A DNA stretch of 64,000 nucleotides, taken from assembly GCA_963681965.1 (NCBI GenBank), contig OY820579.1, positions 4,160,001 through 4,224,000 on the forward strand, given 5' to 3'. Shown piece by piece: positions 1 through 9,490 of this stretch. Within the stretch, counting starts at the first letter, position 1, and every line of letters starts with the position of its first letter. This DNA is from a bacterium (GTDB lineage Bacteria > Electryoneota > JAOADG01). Position numbers and translations under genes: made by a program. The notes under the pieces were generated by a model that was not told the origin of the DNA, made no database searches, and worked only from the letters and a program-made list of their open reading frames with translations.

Positions 1-387
1 AAACCGGAATTCACCCAAGCCGATATCGAGCTGCTAAATCGACTGGCGAAGAAAATCGTCTCGCGACGGATGACCATTCCGGCAGTGATGTTTTTCGAAT
101 CGATCAAGCCGCTCAATTTCGTCGGTGCGCAAGCGATGATTTTTATTCAACCGTTCGTCACGGTGCTGTTCACCATCCCGGAATACGAGCGGGTACGCGT
201 CTTGCTGGAACGACGCGAAACGCTGTACAAATTTGTCGAAATCCTCGAGCAACAAGAAGACGAATTCCTGGTGCTGGAAAAACTGGAAAACGAAGCACAA
301 CGCCAACGAACCGCCGCCGACCGGATTGCCCGGGGAAAACCCGAATTGCCGTGGTGGAGACGAATCTTCCACCGCGATCCGCGGTAA
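1..387 (+). CDS. Conserved hypothetical protein, 5'-partial
   Basis: Frame is open from base 1 (KPEFTQADIELLNRLAKKIVSRRMTIPAVMFFESIKPLNF...) to TAA at 387; co-directional with the next gene. Confidence 0.7.
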   Translation, partial: KPEFTQADIELLNRLAKKIVSRRMTIPAVMFFESIKPLNFVGAQAMIFIQPFVTVLFTIPEYERVRVLLERRETLYKFVEILEQQEDEFLVLEKLENEAQRQRTAADRIARGKPELPWWRRIFHRDPR

Positions 388-413
388 TGTTTTATTAGAA
401 TACGAGCGAAGAG

Positions 414-1646
414 ATGCGTACACTGCTTTGCAATGCCACCGTCATCACCCAAAATGCCACGCGTGAAATTTTTCGCGGCGACATCGTCATCGATAACGAC
501 CGGATCGAAATACCCGAATCGGGTCCGGTGATTCAAGCCGACGAAGTGATCGACCTTACGGGAAAGTTTTTGCTCCCCGGTTTCATTCAAGCACACATCC
601 ACCTCTGCCAGACTAATCTCCGCAATTGCGCCGACGACCGCGAACTGCTGCCATGGCTGCGCGAAGTGGTCTGGGTCGGCGAAGCGAAACACAACCGCGA
701 AACGATTTATCAAACGGCACGATTGGCAATCGATGAATTGATTGCCGGCGGTACGACTGCGATCCTAACGATGGAGACGGTGCATTATACCGCTGCAGCA
801 GTGGAAGCGGTAATCGACGGTGGAATCCGCGCCATCATCGGCAAGACCTTGATGGATGTCGATGCCGGTCAACCGGCGGCATTGTTGGAAAACAGCGAGG
901 AAGCTTTGCGCGAAGCGGACCGACTTTTCGATCAATTTCACGGTCGCGAATCGGGTCGTATTGGGATCTGTTATGCACCGCGATTCGTACCTACCTGTTC
1001 GGAAAAACTTCTTCGCGGCGTGGCTGCGCGCGCAACCGAGCGCAATGCGATTATCCATACGCACTGTTCGGAAAATCTCGGTGAAATTCAGCTCGTTCGC
1101 GAACAGACCGGGATGGACAATCTGCAATATCTTTCTCACCTTGGATTGTTATCGCCGCGTACCGGATTGGCGCACTGCATTCATTTGATCGCCGGCGATA
1201 CCGAAATTCTGCGCGATCATGGGGTCCATCTGCTGCACTGCCCATCGTCGAATTTGAAGTTGGGTAGTGGCATTGCGCCGATCGCAGAACTCATGGCAGC
1301 CGGAGTCAATATCGCGCTGGGCGCCGACGGCGCGCCGTGCAACAACAATCTCGATGGTTTACATGAAGCGCGATTGATGCCGATGTTGCAGGCGATTCGC
1401 GTCGGACCGGGCAAGGTGACGGCGCAACACGCACTCGATGCACTGACGATCAATGGCGCGAAAGCATTGGGATTATCCCATGAAATCGGTTCGATCGAAC
1501 CGGGCAAGAAAGCCGATCTGATTGTGATCAATCCGAATCGACCGCATGCGCAAGGGGGCGACGATCCGGTATCGCGATTGATCTATTCGTGTCGTGCCGA
1601 CGATGTCGAGCGCGTCTGGATCGACGGTGTTGAAATCGGATCATAG
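414..1646 (+). CDS. Amidohydrolase family deaminase (5'-deoxyadenosine/MTA/SAH deaminase-like)
   Basis: Motifs PGFIQAHIH, HTHCSE, AHCIH, HCPSSNLKLGSG, GADG, GSIEPGKKADL. Confidence 0.85.
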   Translation: MRTLLCNATVITQNATREIFRGDIVIDNDRIEIPESGPVIQADEVIDLTGKFLLPGFIQAHIHLCQTNLRNCADDRELLPWLREVVWVGEAKHNRETIYQTARLAIDELIAGGTTAILTMETVHYTAAAVEAVIDGGIRAIIGKTLMDVDAGQPAALLENSEEALREADRLFDQFHGRESGRIGICYAPRFVPTCSEKLLRGVAARATERNAIIHTHCSENLGEIQLVREQTGMDNLQYLSHLGLLSPRTGLAHCIHLIAGDTEILRDHGVHLLHCPSSNLKLGSGIAPIAELMAAGVNIALGADGAPCNNNLDGLHEARLMPMLQAIRVGPGKVTAQHALDALTINGAKALGLSHEIGSIEPGKKADLIVINPNRPHAQGGDDPVSRLIYSCRADDVERVWIDGVEIGS

Positions 1647-1687
1647 GTGATTGGTGCTCGGTAGAAGACGGTAGCGATCGTATTTCG

Positions 1688-1931
1688 GTAGGTCAGAACT
1701 TGTTCTGACCACCTCCTGTGTCCGCAACCGTATTTCGGTAGGTCGGAATTTATTCCGACTCCTCCGGTGTCTTGTTTTTGGTGGCGCAGGCCTCCGAGCC
1801 TGCGATCCCTTTCGGTAGGTCGGAATTTATTCCGACTTTTTTTTCGTAGGTACAGACACTCCTGACTGTACATGTCCGCCGTATGGCGGACACAAATTCA
1901 AAGGTCGACAGACAGGAGTGTCTGTCGCTAC
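1688..1931. repeat. REP-like hairpin cluster
   Basis: GTAG-GTCAGAAC-TT-GTTCTGAC (1688), GTAG-GTCGGAAT-TT-ATTCCGAC (1738, 1815), GTGG-CGCAGGC-CTCCGA-GCCTGCG (1781), GTAG-GTACAGACA-CTCC... (1846) and an inverted partner ending at 1931. Confidence 0.85.
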
Positions 1932-2165
1932 GAATGATTGCACGACCGCGGAGATAAGCCCCTACTCATAAAAGAATCGGAAAATTTTTCGTCTTTCAGA
2001 AAAGAACCGACTCGTCCATTACCGATCCTTTACGGATTGCCGACGATCACAACTATTTCTCTTGATTCCTAATATTTCATGTTAATTGCCCCAAAGAATC
2101 GATATCTTTCAAAGATTCTTTCTACTAATTGTATCGCCTTTACCAATGACTCAAATGGATCACAC

Positions 2166-5100
2166 ATGCGCCATCTGCTACCCGCGTTTATCGCCAATGC
2201 CAATCAACGAGAACAGTATCACGGTTCGTTTCACGGTTATGCCGCCATGATCGATATCAGTGGCTTTACTGCGCTGACTCAGGCACTGATGCAGCACGGT
2301 GTCGAAGGGGCGGAAGTGCTGTCCGGTGCGATCAACCAGATCTTCACACCGACGATTGCTGCAATTCACCAGCACGGCGGATTTGTTTCCAGTTTCGCCG
2401 GAGATGCAATTACCGCGCTGTTCCCTTCGCGCTCAGTTTCTGCAAACAGACTGCTGTCAGCAGCCATTGCGATTCGCGATCAATTCGAGCGCCATGGCAA
2501 CATCTCGACCAAATTCGGCGCATTCAATCTCGCTGTCCATATCGGAATCGGCTTTGGAAAAATTCAGTGGGATATTCTACCGTGCCAACCACAGCATCTC
2601 TATTGGTTTTCCGGTGACGCAATCCAGCAATGTTCGGCGAGCGAGCATTTGGCGGGTGTGAATGAGATTGTTTGCGATGCCAGTACCGTAACGAATCATA
2701 CCAATCGTCGAGAAGTATCAGCGAAAAAAATCGCGTCGGGTTATTATCGAATTGAATCGATTCGATCAGCTAGTGAACCGAAACTGATTTCACCTCAACG
2801 AATCGCTCAAGCGCATTTCATTCCCAAATCGATCCGTACCCAAACGAATGCCGGCGAATTTCGCGAAGTCGTATCCTGCTTTATCAATTTGCAACCCGGA
2901 AAATCAGTCCGATCCGATATTGCAACGATTGCAGCGCTATGCCATCAATTCGGCGGGTACTTGAATAAAGTCGATTACGGCGATAAAGGGTGGGTCGTGT
3001 TAGTAGTATTCGGTGCACCGATCGCACACGAAAAAATTGCCCACCGCGCCAGTTATTTTGCTGTCGCGTTAAAGACCCATATCGGAAATCACATCCGGAT
3101 CGGCCTATCGATGGGAACCGCATTTGCCGGATTCACCGGTGCTGCAGCTCGCGGTGAGTATACCGTTTTGGGGATGTCGGTTAATCTTGCCGCTCGCTTC
3201 ATGATGGCAGCGGAATGGGGTGAAGTGCTGCTCGATTCGCAATTATCGCATCATTTGCGGCAACGCTGTGTCATGACTGCGCTGGCAAATAGGTCATTCA
3301 AAGGGTTCAGCGATCCGATTCCAGTGCATCGCCTCGAGAGAAAGGGAGTGCAGCATACAGCCCGGCACGGTTTCTCCGGACAGTTGATCGGACGCGATTC
3401 GGAATTGGAGAAATTGCGGGAATGGTGCACACCGATATTCACCAACAAATATGCCGGCATCGGATATATCTACGGTGAACCGGGTCAAGGCAAATCGCGC
3501 CTGATCTGGGAATTTGAACAGTTGATCGCCGACCGCGCGCGGATCATAACATTGCCTTGTGACGGCATTTTACAGCAACCGTTGAATCCATTTGCCTATT
3601 GGATTAGACAACTAGTTTCGATCGATGATTCACCTGCGACTGCCGGGAAACTGGAACAATTCCACCAGTATTGGAAACAATTCATTGCCGAATTTGCGAC
3701 ATCAGAAGCCCACCACAACGAATTGCAGCGAATCGAATCGCTGATCGCCGCCATCATCGGTTTGGAGTGGGAAGGTTCGATCTATACCGTGTTGGCGCCG
3801 AAAGACCGCCCTGCCGCAATCCGAATGGCACTCAAGGAATTGGTCGTTACATTAGCACATAAACAACCATTGATTCTAATTCTCGAAGATTTACACTGGA
3901 TCGATTCGGTTTCGATCGAGGTCTTTCGTTATCTGCTCCGTGCGATTACCGACCTGCCCCTTGCCGTTATTGTTACGAGTCGCTATCGCGACGACGGCAG
4001 CAAACCGATACTAACTGCCGATGACGATGTCCCGCGGCAGGAACTCGATCTCAATCAGCTTGATAAAAAGCAAGTTGCCACCCTGCTCGAAGATGTGTTG
4101 CAAGCGGCACCGGATAATGATTTGGTGACATTTATCTTCGCCAAAGCACATGGCAATCCATTCGCGTCGGAACAACTGGCATACTATCTACAGGAACGAA
4201 ACAGTATTCACCTCCGCGTTGAACGCGCAATCCTCACTTCGGTGGCAGCAGGAATGCCCTCGGATCTTCAGGGAGTTCTGATTGCTCGACTCGATCGTCT
4301 CGAAGCGCAACTCAAAGCGATCGTTCAAACTGCCAGTGTGTTGGGTCGCGAATTTGCCGTAATCGTGTTGGAAAAAATGCTGAATAGCTTGGGTCGGAAA
4401 CGAACTCGATCGCAATCGGAAGGATTGCTTATACCTCAGCTCGAAGCCGGCGAACAAAAGCGCGTCTGGAATGCTTTGGAAGAGTATCGCTACATCTTCA
4501 ATCACTCGTTGTTGCGCGATGCTGCCTATCAGATGCAACTCAAAAAGCATTTGAAACATATCCACCAAATTGCCGCCGAAACATTGGTTGCACTCTATCC
4601 CGATGACAAGAGTTTTACGGCGGAAATTGCCAATCACTTCGATCTGGCAGAGCAGTGGGAACAAGCAGTCGAATTTTATCTCAAAGCCGGTGATTATGAA
4701 AAAGAGGGATTTCACTTCCAGCTAGCACTGTCCAACTATCAGCGTGCGATGACGATCAGTCTGAATCAAAATTGGAATGTGACTCCTACGACAGCGCAGT
4801 TGCACTACAAAATCGGGCTCACACATCAGGATAAAGGGGAATATGCACTGGCGATGACGCTATACGAGCAGATGTTGCAAATCCATTTAGCGCTGTATGG
4901 CGAACACCATGAGAAAATTGCCGATGTGTACCAAGCCTTCGGATATATCTATTGGATTACCGGCGAATACGATCGGTCGCTGGAAATTTTCCTGAAAGCG
5001 TTGCAGATTCGACTGGACACACAGGGCGATTCGCATCCGAATGTTGCACTCCTATACGGCAATATTGGTCTGATCTATGCCTACAAGAAATCAACCGATC

Positions 5101-6167
5101 TGGCATTGGAGTATATACAAAAATGTCACGACATGCAGTTGAAGATATATGGCGATCTGCATCCCGATATGATCACCACTTTCAACAATCTCTCCGCAAT
5201 ATACATCGATAAGGCACAATACGATCAAGCGTTGGAGTATCTACATACCGCTTTGAAGATTCAGATAACCCATCGCGGTGAACTCCATCCACAGGCAGCG
5301 ATTTGTTATTTCAATATCGGCGTGGTTCATCAAGATCTCGGTAAATACGATCTGGCACTGGTGTGCTATCAGAAGGGGCTGGACATTCAACTGGCGCTGC
5401 TTGGCGAGACTCATGCCGATGTCGCCGACACTTATCGCCAGATCGCAATTGTCTACAATTCGATCGGCGATTACGATCGCTCGCAGGAGTATTGTCAAAA
5501 GAATTACCAGATTAAACAACTCGTATTCGGTGAAAACCACCCCTTCACCGCATCTGCGCTCAACAATATCGGTGTGAATTATCGCTGTAAGGGTGAGAAC
5601 GATCTGGCACTGGAATATTACACCAGGGTTTTAAAGATTCAACTAGCTACGATTGGCGAGAATACTACTTCTACTGCCAACACATTCACCAATTTGGGAA
5701 TCGTTAATACCGAGAAGAAGGAGTACGATAAGGCATTGGAGTATCTCCAAAAATCGTTGGATATCAAGCATGAATTGTTGGGTGACCGGCATCCCGATTT
5801 GGCGTCGTGTTACAACAATATTGGCTCGGTATACAACAAGATGGGAATGCATGACCAAGCATTGGAATATTTCCAGACCGGATTGAAACTTCGATTGGAG
5901 GCTTATGGCGAAAACCACCCGGATAATGCGATGAGTTACCACAATATCGGTAACGTATACGCAGAGATCGAACAATTCGAATTGGCAGTGGAGAATTTGG
6001 AGCGTGCGCTTGCGATCAGAATCGAACATCATCTTGAACATCATCCGCACACGATCGAGAATCTGAATAATCTTGCTGAAGCCTATCAGCGGCTGGGAAA
6101 TCTCGAGCAGTCGGCGGCTTATCGCGCTCGCGCCGATGAATTCACCGCCGCAAATCGCGATGGTTAG
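2166..6167 (+). CDS. Class III adenylate/guanylate cyclase (tandem domains) + STAND/AAA ATPase + TPR repeats
   Basis: Cyclase motifs DISGFT, FAGDA, NKVDYGDKG, VNLAARFM; Walker A GEPGQGKS; Walker B LILEDLHW; about a dozen 42-aa TPRs (GE.HP..A..YNNIG). Start set at ATG 2166. Confidence 0.85.
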   Translation: MRHLLPAFIANANQREQYHGSFHGYAAMIDISGFTALTQALMQHGVEGAEVLSGAINQIFTPTIAAIHQHGGFVSSFAGDAITALFPSRSVSANRLLSAAIAIRDQFERHGNISTKFGAFNLAVHIGIGFGKIQWDILPCQPQHLYWFSGDAIQQCSASEHLAGVNEIVCDASTVTNHTNRREVSAKKIASGYYRIESIRSASEPKLISPQRIAQAHFIPKSIRTQTNAGEFREVVSCFINLQPGKSVRSDIATIAALCHQFGGYLNKVDYGDKGWVVLVVFGAPIAHEKIAHRASYFAVALKTHIGNHIRIGLSMGTAFAGFTGAAARGEYTVLGMSVNLAARFMMAAEWGEVLLDSQLSHHLRQRCVMTALANRSFKGFSDPIPVHRLERKGVQHTARHGFSGQLIGRDSELEKLREWCTPIFTNKYAGIGYIYGEPGQGKSRLIWEFEQLIADRARIITLPCDGILQQPLNPFAYWIRQLVSIDDSPATAGKLEQFHQYWKQFIAEFATSEAHHNELQRIESLIAAIIGLEWEGSIYTVLAPKDRPAAIRMALKELVVTLAHKQPLILILEDLHWIDSVSIEVFRYLLRAITDLPLAVIVTSRYRDDGSKPILTADDDVPRQELDLNQLDKKQVATLLEDVLQAAPDNDLVTFIFAKAHGNPFASEQLAYYLQERNSIHLRVERAILTSVAAGMPSDLQGVLIARLDRLEAQLKAIVQTASVLGREFAVIVLEKMLNSLGRKRTRSQSEGLLIPQLEAGEQKRVWNALEEYRYIFNHSLLRDAAYQMQLKKHLKHIHQIAAETLVALYPDDKSFTAEIANHFDLAEQWEQAVEFYLKAGDYEKEGFHFQLALSNYQRAMTISLNQNWNVTPTTAQLHYKIGLTHQDKGEYALAMTLYEQMLQIHLALYGEHHEKIADVYQAFGYIYWITGEYDRSLEIFLKALQIRLDTQGDSHPNVALLYGNIGLIYAYKKSTDLALEYIQKCHDMQLKIYGDLHPDMITTFNNLSAIYIDKAQYDQALEYLHTALKIQITHRGELHPQAAICYFNIGVVHQDLGKYDLALVCYQKGLDIQLALLGETHADVADTYRQIAIVYNSIGDYDRSQEYCQKNYQIKQLVFGENHPFTASALNNIGVNYRCKGENDLALEYYTRVLKIQLATIGENTTSTANTFTNLGIVNTEKKEYDKALEYLQKSLDIKHELLGDRHPDLASCYNNIGSVYNKMGMHDQALEYFQTGLKLRLEAYGENHPDNAMSYHNIGNVYAEIEQFELAVENLERALAIRIEHHLEHHPHTIENLNNLAEAYQRLGNLEQSAAYRARADEFTAANRDG

Positions 6168-6186
6168 CATCTCATATAATATTTAA

Positions 6187-6440
6187 GTAGCGGCGGACTT
6201 TAGTCCGCGTATTTGTCTTGCATCTTGAAGTAGGGGCGGGCTCCCGTGCCCGCCCGATCTTGTATCTTTTATTTATCATGTATCCTGAGTAGGGGGACAT
6301 CCTCGCATGCTCCCCGTTCTTGTTTCTGAATTGTCAATCATCTGAAAAATTAAAAATGCCCAATCGGAGTTGGGCAGTACTACAAGTTAATGACACAAAC
6401 GTAGATCGCCACAGCCCCTGCGGGGCTTCGCGACGACAAA
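6187..6440. repeat. REP-like hairpin cluster between convergent genes
   Basis: GTAGCGGCGGACTTTAGTCCGC, GTAGGGGCGGGCTCCCGTGCCCGCCC and GTAGGGGGACATCC... on +; GTAGTACTGCCCAACTCCGATTGGGC and a TGTCGTCGCGAAG...GTGGCGATC element on -. Confidence 0.8.
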
Positions 6441-6519
6441 TCAAGATAAAAAAACGGCAGCAATCAATCATTCAATGATACCGATTTAATGCTCTCTGTT
6501 AAATCTACATGGTATACAT

Positions 6520-6548
6520 AAAAAAAGCCGGACAGAAATGCCCGGCTT
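6520..6548 (-). terminator. Intrinsic terminator of nadB
   Basis: Minus strand reads AAGCCGGGCA-TTTC-TGTCCGGCTT followed by a U-tract, 25 nt after the nadB stop. Confidence 0.75.
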
Positions 6549-6572
6549 ATAACTGCTGTTGGAAATAAATCA

Positions 6573-8198
6573 TTACCACCGATTCGCCAACTCCAGTACG
6601 CCGCGATCAAGCATCGTGTCCTTCGGTTCGTCTTCGGACAGTTTCGGGTAGTCGGTGCGATAGTGCAAACCGCGGCTCTCGTGGCGACGCGTCGCACATT
6701 CGATCACCAGCAGCGAAACCAATGCAATATTCCGCAATTCGAGCAGCGGTAACGTTACCGTCGTACGTTTCCAGTAATCGCGAATCTCTTCCCGGATCAA
6801 ACTGATACGCCGCCGTGCGCGATCGAGACGCGGACCGCTTTTCACAATTCCGACATAGTGCGTCATCAATTCGCAAATCTCTTCGCGATCATGTGAAATC
6901 AGAATCCACTCTTCCGGATCGGTGGTTCCGTGTGCATCCCACTGCGGTACAACACCGCTCCAACCGAATTCTTTGACAGTCGGAATCGCATCGGCAGCGG
7001 CAGTATGCGAGAACACCAGCGCTTCGAGCAACGAATTCGAGGCAAGTCGATTCGCGCCGTGTACACCTGTCATTGCCACTTCGCCGATCGCATACAGCGC
7101 GGCAATATTGGTTTTCCCCTTCAGATCGGTCACGACACCGCCGCACATGTAGTGTGCCGACGGCACGACTGGTACCGGTTCGCGGGTAATATCGATGCCA
7201 TAGGTAAGTAGCGTATTGTAGATGTAGGGAAACCGCTCGCGCGTTTCCGGAGCCGGCATGTGCGTAACATCGAGCAGGACGTAATCGTCGCCGCGCGTCT
7301 TCAATTCGGCGTCGATAGCGCGCGCTACGATGTCGCGCGTTGCCAGTTCGCCATCGGGATGATAGCGTTGCATGAACCGCTCGCCGGCGCGATTGAGCAG
7401 TCTCGCACCGTAGCCGCGAACCGCTTCGCTGATCAGAAATGCCGGTACGTCTTTATGAGTATGGAAAGTTGTCGGATGGAATTGCATGAATTCGAGATTG
7501 CCCAATCCGGCACCGGCACGTGCCGCCGCCGCGATCCCATCGCCGGTCGCAATCGTCGGATTGGTCGTGTGACTCCACGCTTGTCCGCAACCACCGGTCG
7601 CAAGCACCGTGATCCGCGCCGTGAATGTCTCAACCAACCCTTTTTCGGTATCGAGCACATACGCGCCGAAGCAGCGCGACTGTTCGCCACTCCACCCTTC
7701 GACTTGGTGTTCGGTAATCAATTCCACCAGTGCGTGATGTTGATGCAATTCGATATTCGGATGGCTTTTGATCCGATCGATCAGCGCACGTTCCACTTCC
7801 TGTCCGGTGAAATCGGCACGATGCACGATCCGGTGCGTGCGGTGTCCCCCTTCGCGATGCAGCTCGAACACCATCTTGCCGTCGTGAAATTCCATCGTGA
7901 ATTCGGCGCCCCATTGCCGGAGTTGCTCGATCCGCGCGGGTCCTTCGTGAACCAGCAATTCGACCGCGTCGCGATGGCAGAGCCCGGCACCCGATTTCAA
8001 TGTGTCGTCGATGTGCCATTCGATCCGGTCTTTCCGGTCGATGACTGCCGCAATTCCGCCCTGCGCGTAGTTCGTGTTCGATTCCGTGTCGCTTTTCTTG
8101 GTAATAATTGCCACACTTCCATAGTCGGCGACTTCGAGGGCAAATGACAGACCCGCGATACCGCTACCGATGACAAGAAAATCGAACTCACTTCGCAT
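6573..8198 (-). CDS. nadB: L-aspartate oxidase
   Basis: GSGIAGL FAD motif, SNTNYAQGGIA, REGGH, QFHPT, LISEAVRG, GVHGANRLASNSLLE, ESRGLHY. Confidence 0.95.
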   Translation of the reverse strand: MRSEFDFLVIGSGIAGLSFALEVADYGSVAIITKKSDTESNTNYAQGGIAAVIDRKDRIEWHIDDTLKSGAGLCHRDAVELLVHEGPARIEQLRQWGAEFTMEFHDGKMVFELHREGGHRTHRIVHRADFTGQEVERALIDRIKSHPNIELHQHHALVELITEHQVEGWSGEQSRCFGAYVLDTEKGLVETFTARITVLATGGCGQAWSHTTNPTIATGDGIAAAARAGAGLGNLEFMQFHPTTFHTHKDVPAFLISEAVRGYGARLLNRAGERFMQRYHPDGELATRDIVARAIDAELKTRGDDYVLLDVTHMPAPETRERFPYIYNTLLTYGIDITREPVPVVPSAHYMCGGVVTDLKGKTNIAALYAIGEVAMTGVHGANRLASNSLLEALVFSHTAAADAIPTVKEFGWSGVVPQWDAHGTTDPEEWILISHDREEICELMTHYVGIVKSGPRLDRARRRISLIREEIRDYWKRTTVTLPLLELRNIALVSLLVIECATRRHESRGLHYRTDYPKLSEDEPKDTMLDRGVLELANRW

Positions 8199-8273
8199 AC
8201 TTCACCGTATTATTGAATTCACTTGAGAAAAGGTAACACCGATTCGCGAAACCACCAACCGAAAATCCACCGA

Positions 8274-9440
8274 TTACAAGTGATTTTCTTTGGCTAGCGG
8301 TAATTCCAATCGGAATGTCGTACCCGCGCGGCTGGTAGCACTTACAGCCAGTGTGCCGTGGTGTTCTTCTTCGACAATGCGTTTGGCGAGCGACAGACCG
8401 ACGCCCCACCCTTTGTTTTTGGTGGAAAAACCAGCACGAAACGCGTTGCGCCGCTCTTTCTTCGTCATCCCCTTGCCGTTGTCCGTGACTAGAACAATGC
8501 CGCGATTCCGTTCCGACGTCACCGCTACGACAATCAAACCATCGCCGCGATCAATTGCCTCGGCGGCATTCCGCAACAAATTCTCCAACACCCAGTCGAT
8601 CAATTCGGGACGCATTGTCACCATCACCGGATCGCCGGCTGTACATTCAACCGTGATATTCCGCGCCTTCTGCGGCAATCGCTTCCGCATGTAATCGACG
8701 GCATCGCGCACCGTCGCCGAAAGATCGGCAACGATCAATTTCTGATCTTTACCGATTGCCGAGAATCGCGCGAGTACATTGCGTAGCCGTTGAATATCGT
8801 TGTCCATTTCGCGCAACGCCGGTTCTTCTGGATAGTGCGACTGCAACAGTTCCAACCAACCCATCAAACCACTGACCGGAGTGCCGAATTGATGCGCAGT
8901 CTCGCGCGCAATCCCAATCCACATTGCGCGTTCTTCCGCGGCACGTACCGAACTAAATCCGGTATAGCCGATAAATACCAGCATAATCGCGGCACAAATA
9001 CCGAGCCAGGTCATGATCCGCAACTGCCGGATCAGCGTTTCGTCGTGGTAATGGAAGTAGTGGATGTTCGAGCCGAATTCCAACGGAATCGGGCGATTCC
9101 CCTCGGCATCGAAATCTTTGATGAATTGTTTTAATTTCGCAATCGCGATTTCGGAATGATTGTCGGAAGCGATCGGCATATTTTTCCAGAAGAGCGGTTC
9201 CCCATGTTCATCGGCGAGGATCAGCGGGAAATCGATCTTCTGGATGACTTGCAGTGCGGGTGTCGGATCTTCCGCTTTCAGTAATTCGCTGTACCGTTCG
9301 ACGGTCACCGTCAGGTGACGACGGGTCGTATCGCGAATCTGATCGACCAGCCGAAATGAAAACATCAGCACTGCCGCGATCAGGATCAATCCTGCCGCAA
9401 ACAGACCTGTCTTCAAATTGGCTGGTGCTGGGTATTTCAT
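8274..9440 (-). CDS. Two-TM sensor histidine kinase (PorY-like family)
   Basis: Two TM helices; H-box WIGIARETAHQFGTP; N-box ENLLRNA; DNGKG; GFSTKNKGWGVGLSLAKRIVE. Confidence 0.85.
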   Translation of the reverse strand: MKYPAPANLKTGLFAAGLILIAAVLMFSFRLVDQIRDTTRRHLTVTVERYSELLKAEDPTPALQVIQKIDFPLILADEHGEPLFWKNMPIASDNHSEIAIAKLKQFIKDFDAEGNRPIPLEFGSNIHYFHYHDETLIRQLRIMTWLGICAAIMLVFIGYTGFSSVRAAEERAMWIGIARETAHQFGTPVSGLMGWLELLQSHYPEEPALREMDNDIQRLRNVLARFSAIGKDQKLIVADLSATVRDAVDYMRKRLPQKARNITVECTAGDPVMVTMRPELIDWVLENLLRNAAEAIDRGDGLIVVAVTSERNRGIVLVTDNGKGMTKKERRNAFRAGFSTKNKGWGVGLSLAKRIVEEEHHGTLAVSATSRAGTTFRLELPLAKENHL

Positions 9441-9490
9441 GCACACTCACTGCAAATGTTCACCGGGAAATTACTCCCGGTGAGATCTCG

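Noticed and set aside
7260-8147. Long antisense or alternative-frame ORFs inside genes (e.g. 7260-8147, 16707-17369, 30515-31288, 54885-55658)
   Set aside because: Shadow ORFs of well-supported genes, with no recognisable motifs
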